Below, piece after piece: positions 1 through 10,252 of a DNA stretch of 64,000 bases. The notes under the pieces were generated by a model. The model was not told where the DNA came from, did not search any database, and saw only the letters and a list, made by a program, of their open reading frames with translations. Position 1 is the first letter of the stretch. Every line of letters begins with the position of its first letter. The translations under genes and the position numbers were made by a program. The DNA is from an uncultured bacterium. Its GTDB lineage: Bacteria > Patescibacteriota > Minisyncoccia > Phycocordibacterales > UBA6065. The stretch is taken from positions 141,302-205,301 of the forward strand of contig CAWJEP010000001.1 in NCBI GenBank assembly GCA_963841935.1, written 5' to 3'.

Positions 1-154
1 AAAACATTATGAACAAAGTCATAGAAATAGTTTCCGTACCGCTCGCTATCGCCGGCGCGTACGCATTCATCACTTTTTTCTTCATCGTTTTCCCGAGATA
101 GGGGATTCCGCCTCGTCGTCGGATGAGCACACTTTAAAAGTTAATTAAATAGTT

Positions 155-1255
155 ATGAAAACATTTACGGCGGTATTTGTTTCACTTTCAGCTCTTCTTA
201 TTTTATTCTCGGCATCCACAGCGCAGGCGAGCTATCATTTTTCCGATTTCCAAGGTCACTCGCCGATACATATATACGCAAGCGACACGAAAAGTCCGCA
301 AGGTATGACGCCTAGCCAAGTAAAAAATATTTACAATCTGCCCGCGACAGGCGGTAAAGGCACAATCGTTATTGTCGGAGCGTATGACGATACGACTATT
401 GAAAACGACTTGGCGACTTTTGACGCGGCGTTTGGCTTGCCCGCATGCACGACGGCGAATAAGTGTTTTACCAAACACAAAATGAGTTCGAGCGTGAAAG
501 CCGACAGCGGCTGGGCGATGGAAACATCTCTCGATATTGAATGGACTCACGCCATCGCGCCGAAAGCTAAAATAATTTTGGTCGAAGCGACGACGCCAAG
601 CGGGGCAAACCTTCTTTCCGCGGTGGACTATGCAGCGAAGCAAACTGGCGTCTCGGCGATATCAATGTCTTGGGGCGGGGGAGAATTTTCCGAGGAGACG
701 ACGATGGATTCGCATTTCGTTTCGAAATCTCACGCGCCGTTTTTTGCATCATCGGGTGATGACGGCACGGGAGCGAGCTGGCCCGCGAGTTCGCCGAACG
801 TCATCGGTGTCGGTGGCACATCTTTGTCCCTAAATACAAACGGCACGCTCAAAAAACAAACAGCTTGGAGCGGCTCTGGCGGGGGAATCAGCGCTTACGA
901 AAAAGAGCCGAGCTTTCAAAATGGTTACAATATTCCGAAATCGGGCGGAATGCGGGCGATTCCCGACGTTTCTTATGACGCGGATCCGGCAAGCGGGTTT
1001 CCGATTGTCAAAAACGGAAAATGGTACACGGTTGGAGGCACTTCGGCAGGCGCTCCGCAATGGGCCGCCATTGCGGCGCTTGGAAGCGGCGCAAACAACG
1101 CTGATTTCTATTCCGACAAAGCATCGGCGGACAACGTGAAATATCTTACAGATGTTTCAAGCGGAACAAACGGTTCTTGCGGATATCTTTGCGCCGCCCG
1201 GAAAAATTACGACTATGTGACCGGGCTAGGCACGCCAAACACGGACATCTTCTAG
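155..1255 (+). CDS. Secreted subtilase-like serine peptidase (S8/S53, sedolisin-like)
   Basis: N-terminal signal peptide; motifs SGDDGTG and GGTSxSxxxGTSAGAPQWAA resemble the S53/S8 catalytic Asp and Ser regions. Confidence 0.55.
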   Translation: MKTFTAVFVSLSALLILFSASTAQASYHFSDFQGHSPIHIYASDTKSPQGMTPSQVKNIYNLPATGGKGTIVIVGAYDDTTIENDLATFDAAFGLPACTTANKCFTKHKMSSSVKADSGWAMETSLDIEWTHAIAPKAKIILVEATTPSGANLLSAVDYAAKQTGVSAISMSWGGGEFSEETTMDSHFVSKSHAPFFASSGDDGTGASWPASSPNVIGVGGTSLSLNTNGTLKKQTAWSGSGGGISAYEKEPSFQNGYNIPKSGGMRAIPDVSYDADPASGFPIVKNGKWYTVGGTSAGAPQWAAIAALGSGANNADFYSDKASADNVKYLTDVSSGTNGSCGYLCAARKNYDYVTGLGTPNTDIF

Positions 1256-1920
1256 TGGGCGATGGCGAGGAAAAGGGTTTCGCGCGCTCCGCAGGCGCGG
1301 AGCGCGCGGCCGGCTTCTTCAATAGTCGCGCCGGTGGTAACGACATCGTCTAGAACAATCACAAATCTGTCTTTGACCGATTCCGGATTTCTGACGGCGA
1401 AAGTATCTTTGAGATTTTTTAGTCTCTCGGCGCGGCCTTTGCCTACCTGGTCGCTCGTGTTTTTGTTTTTGACCAAAACATTCTTTCTGACGGCGAAGTT
1501 TCTCCCGCCGTCTAACTTTTCAAGTTCATTCGCGATGATTTCGCATTGATTCCATCCTCGTTCGCGAAATCTTTTCGCCGAAATCGGAATTGGTATGAGA
1601 AGCGGCGGCTCGCCAAGCGAGCCGCCGCCAAACATTTTCTCTTCCGAAAGTTTTTCCAAAAGTTCGTCGTATAAAATCGTCGCGAGAAGTTTGGCGATTT
1701 TATGATTGCCTCGGAATTTTATTTCCCAAATCGCTTTGCGAACCAAAGGCGAGCCGTATTCGAAAAGTATGAGGGATTTCGGAATTTCTCTGCCGATTTT
1801 AAGCGCCGCCGCGCGCGACAGAAAATCTCCGGCACTCATATTTTCCAGCTCGCCGGTTTCAATATCCGACGGCGATATGATGGATAAAATAAAATCTCGG
1901 ATTTTAGAGAAAATCCTCAT
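1252..1920 (-). CDS. comFC: ComF-family competence protein (phosphoribosyltransferase domain)
   Basis: C-terminal PRTase motif FVIVLDDVVTTGATI typical of ComFC/GntX; sits beside the T4P locus. Confidence 0.7.
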   Translation of the reverse strand: MRIFSKIRDFILSIISPSDIETGELENMSAGDFLSRAAALKIGREIPKSLILFEYGSPLVRKAIWEIKFRGNHKIAKLLATILYDELLEKLSEEKMFGGGSLGEPPLLIPIPISAKRFRERGWNQCEIIANELEKLDGGRNFAVRKNVLVKNKNTSDQVGKGRAERLKNLKDTFAVRNPESVKDRFVIVLDDVVTTGATIEEAGRALRACGARETLFLAIAH

Positions 1921-1952
1921 ATATTGTGATATAGTATAGCTTACACATCGCT

Positions 1953-3077
1953 ATGACCAATCCTTTTTCAAGCTTTCTGGCTTCATTCGGCAAGAAAGGC
2001 GGAAACGTCCTCGGTGTTGACATCGGTTCTTCCGCCATAAAAATTGTCCAATTGAAAAAGCAGGGCGCTCGCGCAATACTCGAAACTTACGGCGAATTGG
2101 CTCTAGGTCCGTACGCCAAAGCCGAAATCGGTCAAGCAACCAATTTACCGCAAGACAAAATCATCGAGGCCCTCAAAGATATTCTAAAGGAAGCCAATAC
2201 TACGACAAAAAACTCTTCAATCGGCATAGCCGCCGGCGCTTCTCTTTTGTCTTTCATAAAAATGCCGGATGTCGGCGAGAAAGAACTCCAGACGATGATT
2301 CCCATCGAGGCCAGAAAATATATTCCCGTGCCGATTTCCGAAGTTTCCCTCGATTATTGGGTCATTCCGAAAGAAGACAGCGCCGTTTCGGATTTTGAAA
2401 CGCCCGACGCGCCGAAAGTTCCTGAAGAAAAGAGCGTTGAAGTTCTTCTCGTCGTCATTCACAACGAAACTATCGCTCGAGTAAAAGAAATAGCCGAAGG
2501 CGCCGCGCTCAACATGGCTTTTTTTGAGATCGAAATTTTCAGCTCGATGCGTTCCATCGTCGAGCAGTCGCTCGACTCGGTAATGGTCTTTGATATGGGC
2601 GCCGGCTCGACGAAACTTTACATCATTGAGCGCGGCATATTGCGCAGCGCCCACACCATAAACCGCGGCAGTCAAGAAATCACTCTTTCCATTTCGCGTT
2701 CCTTGGGACTTTCCGTCGCCGATGCCGAAAAATACAAAAGAGACGTCGGCATATCGGCTGAAGTCAGGGACAAAAATGCCACGGATATCATCACTCTCAC
2801 TCTCGATTATATTTTTTCCGAAACCAACCGCGTGATTTTCAATTATCAAAAAAAATACGGTAAAAACGTCAGTCAGGTCATACTCACGGGCGGAGGTTCA
2901 CTCCTCAAAGGTTTCCTCGAACTCGCGCGCGAGCGTTTCGAAACGGAAGTCATTCTCGGCGACCCGTTTTCCAAATGCGTCGCTCCGGCCTTTCTCGAGC
3001 CGACTCTGCGCGGCGCCGGTCCCGAGTTTGCCGTGGCCATAGGACTTGCCCTTCGCGAGCTCCAGGAAGAACGTTAG
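1953..3077 (+). CDS. pilM: Type IV pilus assembly ATPase-like protein PilM
   Basis: Actin-like fold start LGVDIGSSAIKIVQL; size and position ahead of pilN/pilO-like genes. Confidence 0.8.
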   Translation: MTNPFSSFLASFGKKGGNVLGVDIGSSAIKIVQLKKQGARAILETYGELALGPYAKAEIGQATNLPQDKIIEALKDILKEANTTTKNSSIGIAAGASLLSFIKMPDVGEKELQTMIPIEARKYIPVPISEVSLDYWVIPKEDSAVSDFETPDAPKVPEEKSVEVLLVVIHNETIARVKEIAEGAALNMAFFEIEIFSSMRSIVEQSLDSVMVFDMGAGSTKLYIIERGILRSAHTINRGSQEITLSISRSLGLSVADAEKYKRDVGISAEVRDKNATDIITLTLDYIFSETNRVIFNYQKKYGKNVSQVILTGGGSLLKGFLELARERFETEVILGDPFSKCVAPAFLEPTLRGAGPEFAVAIGLALRELQEER

Positions 3078-3120
3078 ATGTGGATAGCCCTATTGGTAAA
3101 CGAATAGTATAATAAAGGCA

Positions 3121-3819
3121 ATGGATCCTCGATTTCAATCTTCATTCATACCCAAAAAGCCCGCTGCACTTTCCATGGCGTCGCGCCGCGGTCCCATCAA
3201 TCTTTTGTCGCTCATATCGACAGTCGTCATTATCGTCGTCATCGCCGGCGCCGTGGCGGTTTTCTTGTATCAAAATTATTTAAACAGCGCCATCGCTAGC
3301 GACAAGCAAAGTCTCAACCTCACGCAGGGAGAATTCGACCCGGCGACCATAAACGAAATCATTCGCTTGGACTCGCGGCTCAATACCGCGGGCGCGTTGC
3401 TCTCCAACCACGTCGCTTTATCCAACATTTTCACGACTTTGGAGAATTCGACTTTGCAGACCGTGCGCTTCAACGATTTTAATTTTTCTACGGGAGACCA
3501 AAACGCGATGACTCTTACCATGAAAGGCGAAGCCCAGAGTTTCAGCGATGTGGCCCTTCAATCGGCGGCGCTTAACCGCTCGTCGTATTTCAGTAATCTC
3601 GTCACGGGCGACCTTACCGTCGAACAATCCGGTCTTGTGTCTTTCAGCATGACAATGAAGGTGAACCCGTCATTGGTCGCTTACGCGCCGCCCTCGACTA
3701 CGGCAAGCGCGCCGTCTTCGAACGCGAATTCTCTTTCGGCGCCGACGCCGACGCCGACGTCGACCTCGACTTCAACTGCCTCAACCGCGACCTCGAGCGC
3801 TAATACCACCCATCCATGA
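3121..3819 (+). CDS. pilN: PilN-like pilus assembly protein with Thr/Ser/Pro-rich tail
   Basis: Single N-terminal TM helix, position after pilM, 4-nt overlap with next gene; low-complexity PTPTPTSTSTST C-terminus. Confidence 0.5.
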   Translation: MDPRFQSSFIPKKPAALSMASRRGPINLLSLISTVVIIVVIAGAVAVFLYQNYLNSAIASDKQSLNLTQGEFDPATINEIIRLDSRLNTAGALLSNHVALSNIFTTLENSTLQTVRFNDFNFSTGDQNAMTLTMKGEAQSFSDVALQSAALNRSSYFSNLVTGDLTVEQSGLVSFSMTMKVNPSLVAYAPPSTTASAPSSNANSLSAPTPTPTSTSTSTASTATSSANTTHP

Positions 3820-4349
3820 GCACCATCGTATCAATAATTCTTCTTTTGGCGTCGGTCGGAATATTTTTCGGCTATATTGACCCGACGTACACCAATACCC
3901 AAAGTCTTTCTTCCGAACTCGGACAATACGAGAGCGCTCTTTCCAATTCCAAACAGCTTTTGACCGAACGTGACGCCCTCATCGCCAAGCTCAACACTTT
4001 CAATCAGTCCGACGTCAACAAACTCGAGACTTTATTGCCGGACTCGGTGGATTCCGTCACGCTTATCATCGAGCTCAACTCCATCGCCTCGCAGTTCGGC
4101 ATGAGCATCAGGAATTTCGCCGCCGCCACTCAAGACCAGAGCGGCACGCTCGGGGCAAGCAACACGCCCTACGGCACTTTGTCTCTGACTTTTACCACGA
4201 CATCGTCATTCAGTACTTTTGTGGCGTTTTTGAAGGCCCTGGAAAACAATCTTCGTCTCATCGACGTCACGGGGCTTTCTTTCAGTTCGGCTTCAAACAA
4301 CAGCGTTTACGACTTTACCGTGACAGTTAATACTCACTGGTTAAAATAA
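3816..4349 (+). CDS. pilO: PilO-like pilus assembly protein
   Basis: N-terminal TM helix followed by coiled-coil, operon position. Confidence 0.5.
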   Translation: MSTIVSIILLLASVGIFFGYIDPTYTNTQSLSSELGQYESALSNSKQLLTERDALIAKLNTFNQSDVNKLETLLPDSVDSVTLIIELNSIASQFGMSIRNFAAATQDQSGTLGASNTPYGTLSLTFTTTSSFSTFVAFLKALENNLRLIDVTGLSFSSASNNSVYDFTVTVNTHWLK

Positions 4350-4350
4350 C

Positions 4351-4683
4351 ATGGCAAAACTTTCAGCACACAAAAATTTGCTCATTACCATAGGCGTTAT
4401 CGTCGTACTCGCGCTCGCTTGCTACTGGTATTTCAGCTCGAGTTACGTCGCGCCTGTTCCCATATTGTCCGGTTCCACCGCGGGCTCAAGCGACACGCTC
4501 CTCGCCACTTTAGACCAGCTCGAGTCTCTGTCGCTCAATCCGGCGATTTTCTCCAATCCTTCGTTTGAAGCCTTGAGCAACAACACAGTGACTCTTCCCG
4601 TGGTGTCTAGCGGCAGGCCCAATCCTTTTGCTCCGCTTTCCGTCGCGGCGACGCAAAGCACTTTGGTGGCGCCCACCCATTAA
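4351..4683 (+). CDS. Small membrane protein, T4P-operon associated
   Basis: One TM helix, ends in RPNPFAPL; translationally coupled position between pilO and pilB. Confidence 0.35.
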   Translation: MAKLSAHKNLLITIGVIVVLALACYWYFSSSYVAPVPILSGSTAGSSDTLLATLDQLESLSLNPAIFSNPSFEALSNNTVTLPVVSSGRPNPFAPLSVAATQSTLVAPTH

Positions 4684-4703
4684 TCTCATAAAAATTTAGA
4701 CGC

Positions 4704-6413
4704 ATGGACATTCTCGACGTTTTGGCCACGAAAAAAGTCATCGACAGGAAAACCTTCGCGACTCTTCGCGAGGAGATGCGCATGACGCACCTTTCGGCCG
4801 AACAAGTGGCGCGCAAACACGGCGTCTCCGACGAAGCTTTGGTTGACGCCAAAGGCGAACTCCTCGGCATTCCGACCAAAAGCGTCGGAGATAAAAGTAT
4901 TCCTTTCGAAGTTCTCCAGTATATTCCGGAAGAATCAGCGATACATTATCATTTCGTGCCTATCGGCGTCACGGACAACGTTTTGGAAGTCGGCGTAGTC
5001 GACCCGGACAACATCGAGGCGCGAGATGCGCTGACTTTCATCGCGAGCAAGATAAAAATGCCCTTCAAGATTTTTTTGATTTCCGAAGAGGATTTCAAGC
5101 AAGTCATAACTTTATACAAAGGCCTATCGGGCGAAGTCACAAAGGCGCTTTCCGAGCTCGAGACGGACATAGCTGATGTGGATATAGGCGGCGGACCAGA
5201 CAAAGAAGAGCTGCCGACACAGACAAAGATAATAGAAGACGCGCCGGTGACGAAAATCGTGGCGACAATTCTCCGCTACGCCGTCGAAGGAAACGCTTCG
5301 GACATCCACATCGAACGCCTAGACGATAAAGTGCGCGTGCGTTTCCGCCTCGACGGCGAGCTTCACACCTCGCTCATATTGCCGATCAAAGTTCATGACG
5401 CCGTCGTCGCCCGCATCAAAGTTCTCTGCAACATGAAGCTCGACGAAAAAAGAAAGCCGCAAGACGGCCGTTTCGGCGCGAGAATCGACAACAGAAAAGT
5501 GGACTTCCGTGTTTCGACTTTCCCGGCGTATTACGGAGAAAAAGTCGAAATGCGTATTTTGGACAAAGAAAAAGGCGTCAAATCCCTGGAAGACACCGGA
5601 TTTTCCGGAGACAATTTGCGACTCCTGCGCGAGGCCATACAAAAACCTTACGGCATGATTCTTATCTCCGGTCCGACCGGTTCGGGAAAATCCACGACTC
5701 TTTACGCCATATTAAACGAAATCAACGACGACAAGAAAAATATTTTGTCTCTTGAAGACCCGGTCGAATACAATGTCGACGGCGTATCCCAGTCACAAGT
5801 GCGCCCGGAAATCGGCTACACTTTCGCCAATGGACTCCGCACAGCGCTTCGTCAAGACCCGGACATCATTATGGTCGGCGAGATTCGCGACAAAGAAACC
5901 GCCGACCTCGCGGTCCAAGCGGCTCTTACCGGACATCTCGTGCTTTCGACGATTCACACCAACAACGCAATAGGCGTCATTCCGCGCCTCGTCGACATGG
6001 GCATTGACCCATACCTTATCGCGCCGACGGTCATTCTTTCCGTCGCTCAGCGTCTTGTTACCCGTCTTTGCGACGGCGGCGGGGAAGCGGTGCCGGTCGA
6101 AGGCAGCATCAAAGTGATGATAGAAAAAGAATTCGCCGATTTGCCGGATAATTTCAGAAAACAAATCGAAATCGGCAAAAATGTATACAAGATTGCGCCC
6201 ACGCCGACTTGTCCTACCGGAACGAGGGGCCGCATTGCCGTTGCCGAAGTGTTCGCCATGGATAAAGATCTCGAACATGTCGTATTGACCAACCCGACCG
6301 AAGAAGAAGTCTACAAACTTTTGCGCGCCAAAGGCATGCTCACGATGAAAGAGGACGCTTTGATAAAATCTTTCGCCAAAATAGTGCCGTTTGAAGAAGT
6401 CGGACGCCTCTAA
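4704..6413 (+). CDS. pilB: Type IV pilus assembly ATPase PilB (GspE family)
   Basis: N-terminal GSPII_E_N-like region, Walker A GPTGSGKSTTLYA, Asp/His boxes, C-terminal tetracysteine-like region. Confidence 0.9.
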   Translation: MDILDVLATKKVIDRKTFATLREEMRMTHLSAEQVARKHGVSDEALVDAKGELLGIPTKSVGDKSIPFEVLQYIPEESAIHYHFVPIGVTDNVLEVGVVDPDNIEARDALTFIASKIKMPFKIFLISEEDFKQVITLYKGLSGEVTKALSELETDIADVDIGGGPDKEELPTQTKIIEDAPVTKIVATILRYAVEGNASDIHIERLDDKVRVRFRLDGELHTSLILPIKVHDAVVARIKVLCNMKLDEKRKPQDGRFGARIDNRKVDFRVSTFPAYYGEKVEMRILDKEKGVKSLEDTGFSGDNLRLLREAIQKPYGMILISGPTGSGKSTTLYAILNEINDDKKNILSLEDPVEYNVDGVSQSQVRPEIGYTFANGLRTALRQDPDIIMVGEIRDKETADLAVQAALTGHLVLSTIHTNNAIGVIPRLVDMGIDPYLIAPTVILSVAQRLVTRLCDGGGEAVPVEGSIKVMIEKEFADLPDNFRKQIEIGKNVYKIAPTPTCPTGTRGRIAVAEVFAMDKDLEHVVLTNPTEEEVYKLLRAKGMLTMKEDALIKSFAKIVPFEEVGRL

Positions 6414-6444
6414 AGTGCGAAAACAGGCGTGATATAATTGTCCC

Positions 6445-6864
6445 ATGGCATCGAAAACCGAAAAACGAAAGAATCCAAAGGTTTTCATCGTCGACGCCGA
6501 CAAATTTATCATAAACTTGTACTCTGTCAGGTTTCAGTCGGGGGGCTTTGAGGTTGATTCCTCATTGAGTTCCCTAAAAGCTTTGGGGAAACTGCGTGCC
6601 GGCGCCGTGTATGATATTATGATTTTTGATGTCGGCATGCCCGATATGGACGGCATCGAGTTTTTGCGCGCCGTGCGCGCGGAAAATATTTTGCCGGAAG
6701 CCGCGCTCGTCGTGCTTACCAACGAATCGGCGCCGTCATTAATCGAAGAGGCCAGAAAACTCAAAGTGGACGGCTACATAGTGAAATCCACGAGCATTCC
6801 GTCAGAAGTTTTCGACACGGTGTCGAGAATCCATTTTTCAAAAAAACAAAAACATGCCGCTTGA
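6445..6864 (+). CDS. Stand-alone response-regulator receiver domain protein (PilH/CheY-like)
   Basis: Receiver motifs IVDAD ... IFDVGMPDMDG ... VLT ... K; no output domain; embedded between pilB and pilT. Confidence 0.7.
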   Translation: MASKTEKRKNPKVFIVDADKFIINLYSVRFQSGGFEVDSSLSSLKALGKLRAGAVYDIMIFDVGMPDMDGIEFLRAVRAENILPEAALVVLTNESAPSLIEEARKLKVDGYIVKSTSIPSEVFDTVSRIHFSKKQKHAA

Positions 6865-7921
6865 TTATCAAAAAGAGTTCGAATCGCTCATCGAGACCGT
6901 CATAAAAGAGTCGGCCTCCGACCTGCATCTTTCCGCGGACCGTTATCCGACCATTCGTGTTTCCGGATTTCTCTCGCCGCTACTCAACAGAAAAGTTTTG
7001 ACCAAAGAAGACATGGAAGCTTTCGCCAGCGTCATTCTTTCGCCGGACGACAAAGCTGTGTTTCTGCGAAACAAAGAAATAGATTTTTCCTATGAATACC
7101 AAAACAAGGGACGTTTCCGCGGAAACGGCTATTTTCAGCAGGGCTCGGCGGCTTTTGCTTTTCGTCTAGTTCCGCATCACATCAGGTCTTTTGAGGAACT
7201 GAATCTTCCGCCGGTACTCGAAACTTTCTGCCAAAAGCGCCAAGGTTTCTTTCTCGTCGTCGGACCGGTTGGTCACGGCAAGACGACGACTCTCGCGGCG
7301 ATGGTCGAGTATATCAACCAAACCCGAGCGGAACATATCGTAACCATTGAAGACCCGGTGGAATATTTGTACGAACCAAAGAAATCCATCATTGACCAAC
7401 GCGAAGTGCGCATGGACACTCTCGATTTCGGTTCCGCCCTCAGAAATGTTTTTCGCGAAGACGTAAACGTCATCCTTATTGGAGAAATGCGCGACATCGA
7501 TACCATGGCGACGGCGGTTTCGGCGGCGGAAACGGGACACCTCGTGCTCTCGACTCTCCACACGAACGACGCTGCGCAGTCAATCAACCGCATTATAGAC
7601 TCTTTTCCAGCGGCGCAGCAGGACCAGATCAGAGTTCAGTTGGCATCGACACTCACCGGGATATTTTCCCAACGCCTCGTGCCTAGAATTTCCGGTGGAC
7701 TCATTCCCGCTTACGAGCTTCTCGTGAATAACAATGCCACCGCGAACCTCATTCGAGAGAAGCGCGTTCACGAGATTCCCACGGTCATCGAAACAGGCAC
7801 GGACAACGACATGATCGACATGAACCGCTCCTTGGCCGAACTTGTGCGTCGCGGGGAAGTGACGCCGGAAAACGCGGCCGCTTATTCTCCGAATCCGAAA
7901 TCTCTTTCTCGTCTTATATAA
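6854..7921 (+). CDS. pilT: Twitching-motility retraction ATPase PilT
   Basis: Walker A GPVGHGKTTTLAAM, AIRNLIRE-like motif ATANLIREKR, ~355 aa. Confidence 0.9.
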   Translation: MPLDYQKEFESLIETVIKESASDLHLSADRYPTIRVSGFLSPLLNRKVLTKEDMEAFASVILSPDDKAVFLRNKEIDFSYEYQNKGRFRGNGYFQQGSAAFAFRLVPHHIRSFEELNLPPVLETFCQKRQGFFLVVGPVGHGKTTTLAAMVEYINQTRAEHIVTIEDPVEYLYEPKKSIIDQREVRMDTLDFGSALRNVFREDVNVILIGEMRDIDTMATAVSAAETGHLVLSTLHTNDAAQSINRIIDSFPAAQQDQIRVQLASTLTGIFSQRLVPRISGGLIPAYELLVNNNATANLIREKRVHEIPTVIETGTDNDMIDMNRSLAELVRRGEVTPENAAAYSPNPKSLSRLI

Positions 7922-7927
7922 ATTCAA

Positions 7928-9148
7928 ATGCTTTTCAACTACAAAGTCATAGACAAGGACGGAAATAAAAGCCAGGGCTCCATCGACGCCGTGTCCGTAG
8001 ACGTCGCCATTTCTTCTCTTCAACGGCGCAATTTTGTCATCAGTTCCATAAATCCCGCCGAAGGGGGAAAATCTTTTTTCAAAAGAGACATCAGTTTTCT
8101 CACGCGAATTTCGAACAAAGACGTCGTCGTTCTATCCCGCCAGATGGCGACGCTTTTCGAAGCCCAAGTTTCCGCCCTGCGCGTCTTCCGCCTGCTCTCG
8201 ACCGAAGTCGAGAACAAGCTTCTGGCCTCGGCTTTGGCGGAAATCGCCGACGATTTGCAAGCCGGCTCGTCCATATCCGCCGCTCTCGCCAAACATCCGA
8301 AAGCTTTTTCAACTTTTTACGTGAATATGGTCCGTTCGGGCGAGGAATCCGGCAAGCTCGACGAAACTCTGACTTTTCTCGCCGATTATCTCGACCGCAC
8401 TTATGCCGTCAACACCAAAGCGCGCAACGCTCTCATTTATCCGGCATTCGTTATCTTCACTTTTATTACCGTTCTTATCTTGATGCTGACTCTCGTCATC
8501 CCGCAAATCGCCACTATCATCACGGAGTCCGGAAGCGGCGCCCCGATACCTATTTATACGGAGTTTGTTATATGGCTTAGTAATTTCTTCGTGACCTACG
8601 GCTGGCTCTTGTTGGCCATTCTCGTCGTGGGTGGATTTTTCGCGATAAGATTTTTCCGAACGGAAACAGGCAAACGCTCCTTGGACAATTTCAAAATTAC
8701 CACGCCGTTCGTGAAGTCTCTTTATCAAAAACTTTATCTCTCGCGTATTTCGGACAACATGAACACCATGCTTATTTCCGGCATTCCGATGGTAAGGGCC
8801 CTCGAACTCACGGCCGACGTCGTGGGCAACGCCGTTTATCACGATATTTTGCTCGAAGCCATGGAAGCGGTAAAAGCCGGCCGTTCGATGTCCGACGCCT
8901 TCGACAATCACCGCAAGGAAATCCCTTCGATTATGATTCAAATGATAAAAGTTGGCGAAGAATCGGGCGAACTCGGCAAAATTCTGAAAACTCTTTCTCT
9001 TTTCTATTCCAGGGAAGTCATCAACGCCGTCGATACTCTTGTCGACCTCATAGAACCGGCCATGATTATCGTTCTTGGTCTCGGCGTCGGATTTCTCATG
9101 GCTTCCGTCCTCGTGCCGATATACAACTTGTCGTCGTCGATTTCCTAG
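7928..9148 (+). CDS. pilC: Type IV pilus platform protein PilC (GspF family)
   Basis: Two GspF repeats, ~400 aa, three TM segments. Confidence 0.85.
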   Translation: MLFNYKVIDKDGNKSQGSIDAVSVDVAISSLQRRNFVISSINPAEGGKSFFKRDISFLTRISNKDVVVLSRQMATLFEAQVSALRVFRLLSTEVENKLLASALAEIADDLQAGSSISAALAKHPKAFSTFYVNMVRSGEESGKLDETLTFLADYLDRTYAVNTKARNALIYPAFVIFTFITVLILMLTLVIPQIATIITESGSGAPIPIYTEFVIWLSNFFVTYGWLLLAILVVGGFFAIRFFRTETGKRSLDNFKITTPFVKSLYQKLYLSRISDNMNTMLISGIPMVRALELTADVVGNAVYHDILLEAMEAVKAGRSMSDAFDNHRKEIPSIMIQMIKVGEESGELGKILKTLSLFYSREVINAVDTLVDLIEPAMIIVLGLGVGFLMASVLVPIYNLSSSIS

Positions 9149-9199
9149 AACAGCAGAAATACGACAAAACGCCACTTATCCACAGGACGCCGTCGCGTG

Positions 9200-9229
9200 T
9201 TGCGGTACATCGTCTTGTCGCTGTATAAT
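9200..9229 (+). promoter_or_regulatory. Candidate sigma70 promoter for major pilin (TTGCGG-N18-TATAAT)
   Basis: Hexamers read directly about 50 nt upstream of the pilA start. Confidence 0.3.
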
Positions 9230-9278
9230 TGATTTTAGTCTCAAATACATTAATATTATCAACGATTAGCTACTCATT

Positions 9279-9743
9279 ATGAAAAATAAAGGTTTCACTC
9301 TCATCGAACTTCTCGTCGTCATTGCCATCATCGGCATTCTATCGGCGATAGTGCTCGCGTCTCTCGACACGGCGAGGAGCAAGGGTCAGGACGCCGCCGC
9401 TCGCGCCGACCTAGACGACGCTCGCGCTCAAGCGGAAAATTTTTATGATTCAAATGGCGTAAGTTATTCCGGAGTTTGTACTACCGCCGCGAACAACACG
9501 AAACCAGGTATCTTGGATATGATGAACGGCGCCGCTTCAGCTGAAGGGGGTACATATACGCCCGGCGCGGCACAAGGGTCAGCGACCGGTGTCGTGGTTT
9601 GTCACGACGAGGCATCGTCTTGGGCCGCAGCGACTCCTCTAAAAAATCCCGTCAACGGCGCGAGTTATTGGTGCGTGGATAACACGGGCACTTCTACCGC
9701 GGCAGTATCCGGTCTCGTCTCAAATTCCTACACTTGCCCCTAG
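9279..9743 (+). CDS. pilA: Type IV major pilin (prepilin with N-methylation motif)
   Basis: MKNKGFTLIELLVVIAIIGIL class III signal peptide; C-terminal cysteine pair. Confidence 0.8.
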   Translation: MKNKGFTLIELLVVIAIIGILSAIVLASLDTARSKGQDAAARADLDDARAQAENFYDSNGVSYSGVCTTAANNTKPGILDMMNGAASAEGGTYTPGAAQGSATGVVVCHDEASSWAAATPLKNPVNGASYWCVDNTGTSTAAVSGLVSNSYTCP

Positions 9744-9764
9744 TTTTTTTGATTCTTTCGCGAA

Positions 9765-9803
9765 AACCCGTCCGCCGGCCGGCGGACGGGTTTTTGTTTT
9801 TTT
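9765..9803 (+). terminator. Rho-independent terminator after pilA
   Basis: Perfect 12-bp GC-rich stem CCCGTCCGCCGG/CCGGCGGACGGG followed by a T-run. Confidence 0.75.
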
Positions 9804-9828
9804 CGGTAAAATATAAGATAATGTAACT

Positions 9829-10248
9829 ATGAAAAGAGGTTTCACTCTCATCGAACTTCTCGTCGTCATTGCCATCATCGGCATTCTATCGGCGATAGTG
9901 CTCGCGTCTCTCGACACGGCGAGGAGCAAGGGCGCGACCGCTTCTCTATATTCGGCTTTTCATCAGCTCGCGAATCAAGCGAGCATATATGAAAGTTCAA
10001 ACTCTAGTTTCGGCGCGAGTGTTTCCACTTGCAATGCCGGCGTCTTTTCCGACCCGATAATTCAATCTGCGGAGGCGAGCATAATTACCAACGCCGCCGC
10101 CGGCGCCACGCTCACGTGTTATACCAACGCCGCGGGCACGCAGTGGGCCATATCGGTCTCGGCGCTTCAGACTGGCGGTACATGGTGCGAAGACGACTCT
10201 TCGGCTTTTCGCGCCACCGTCGCGGAGCCGAGTGGCGTGTGCTCTTAA
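9829..10248 (+). CDS. Second type IV pilin paralog
   Basis: First ~35 codons nucleotide-identical to pilA (9291-9405 vs 9838-9935); C-terminal half divergent. Confidence 0.8.
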   Translation: MKRGFTLIELLVVIAIIGILSAIVLASLDTARSKGATASLYSAFHQLANQASIYESSNSSFGASVSTCNAGVFSDPIIQSAEASIITNAAAGATLTCYTNAAGTQWAISVSALQTGGTWCEDDSSAFRATVAEPSGVCS

Positions 10249-10252
10249 CAAT

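Noticed and set aside
3700-3819. ACG/CCG-rich run (PTPTPTSTSTST) as a tandem repeat element
   Set aside because: Low-complexity coding tail of the PilN-like protein, not a regular tandem array.
5793-6512. 239-aa minus-strand ORF inside pilB
   Set aside because: Antisense to the conserved PilB ATPase domain.
8309-9175. 288-aa minus-strand ORF antisense to pilC
   Set aside because: Shadow ORF opposite a well-supported GspF-family gene; His/Arg-rich junk translation.
9279-9935. Possible CRISPR-like repeat because of identical 105-nt segments 550 bp apart
   Set aside because: Only two copies; they are the 5' ends of two pilin genes and encode the prepilin leader/helix. No short regular repeat-spacer structure.
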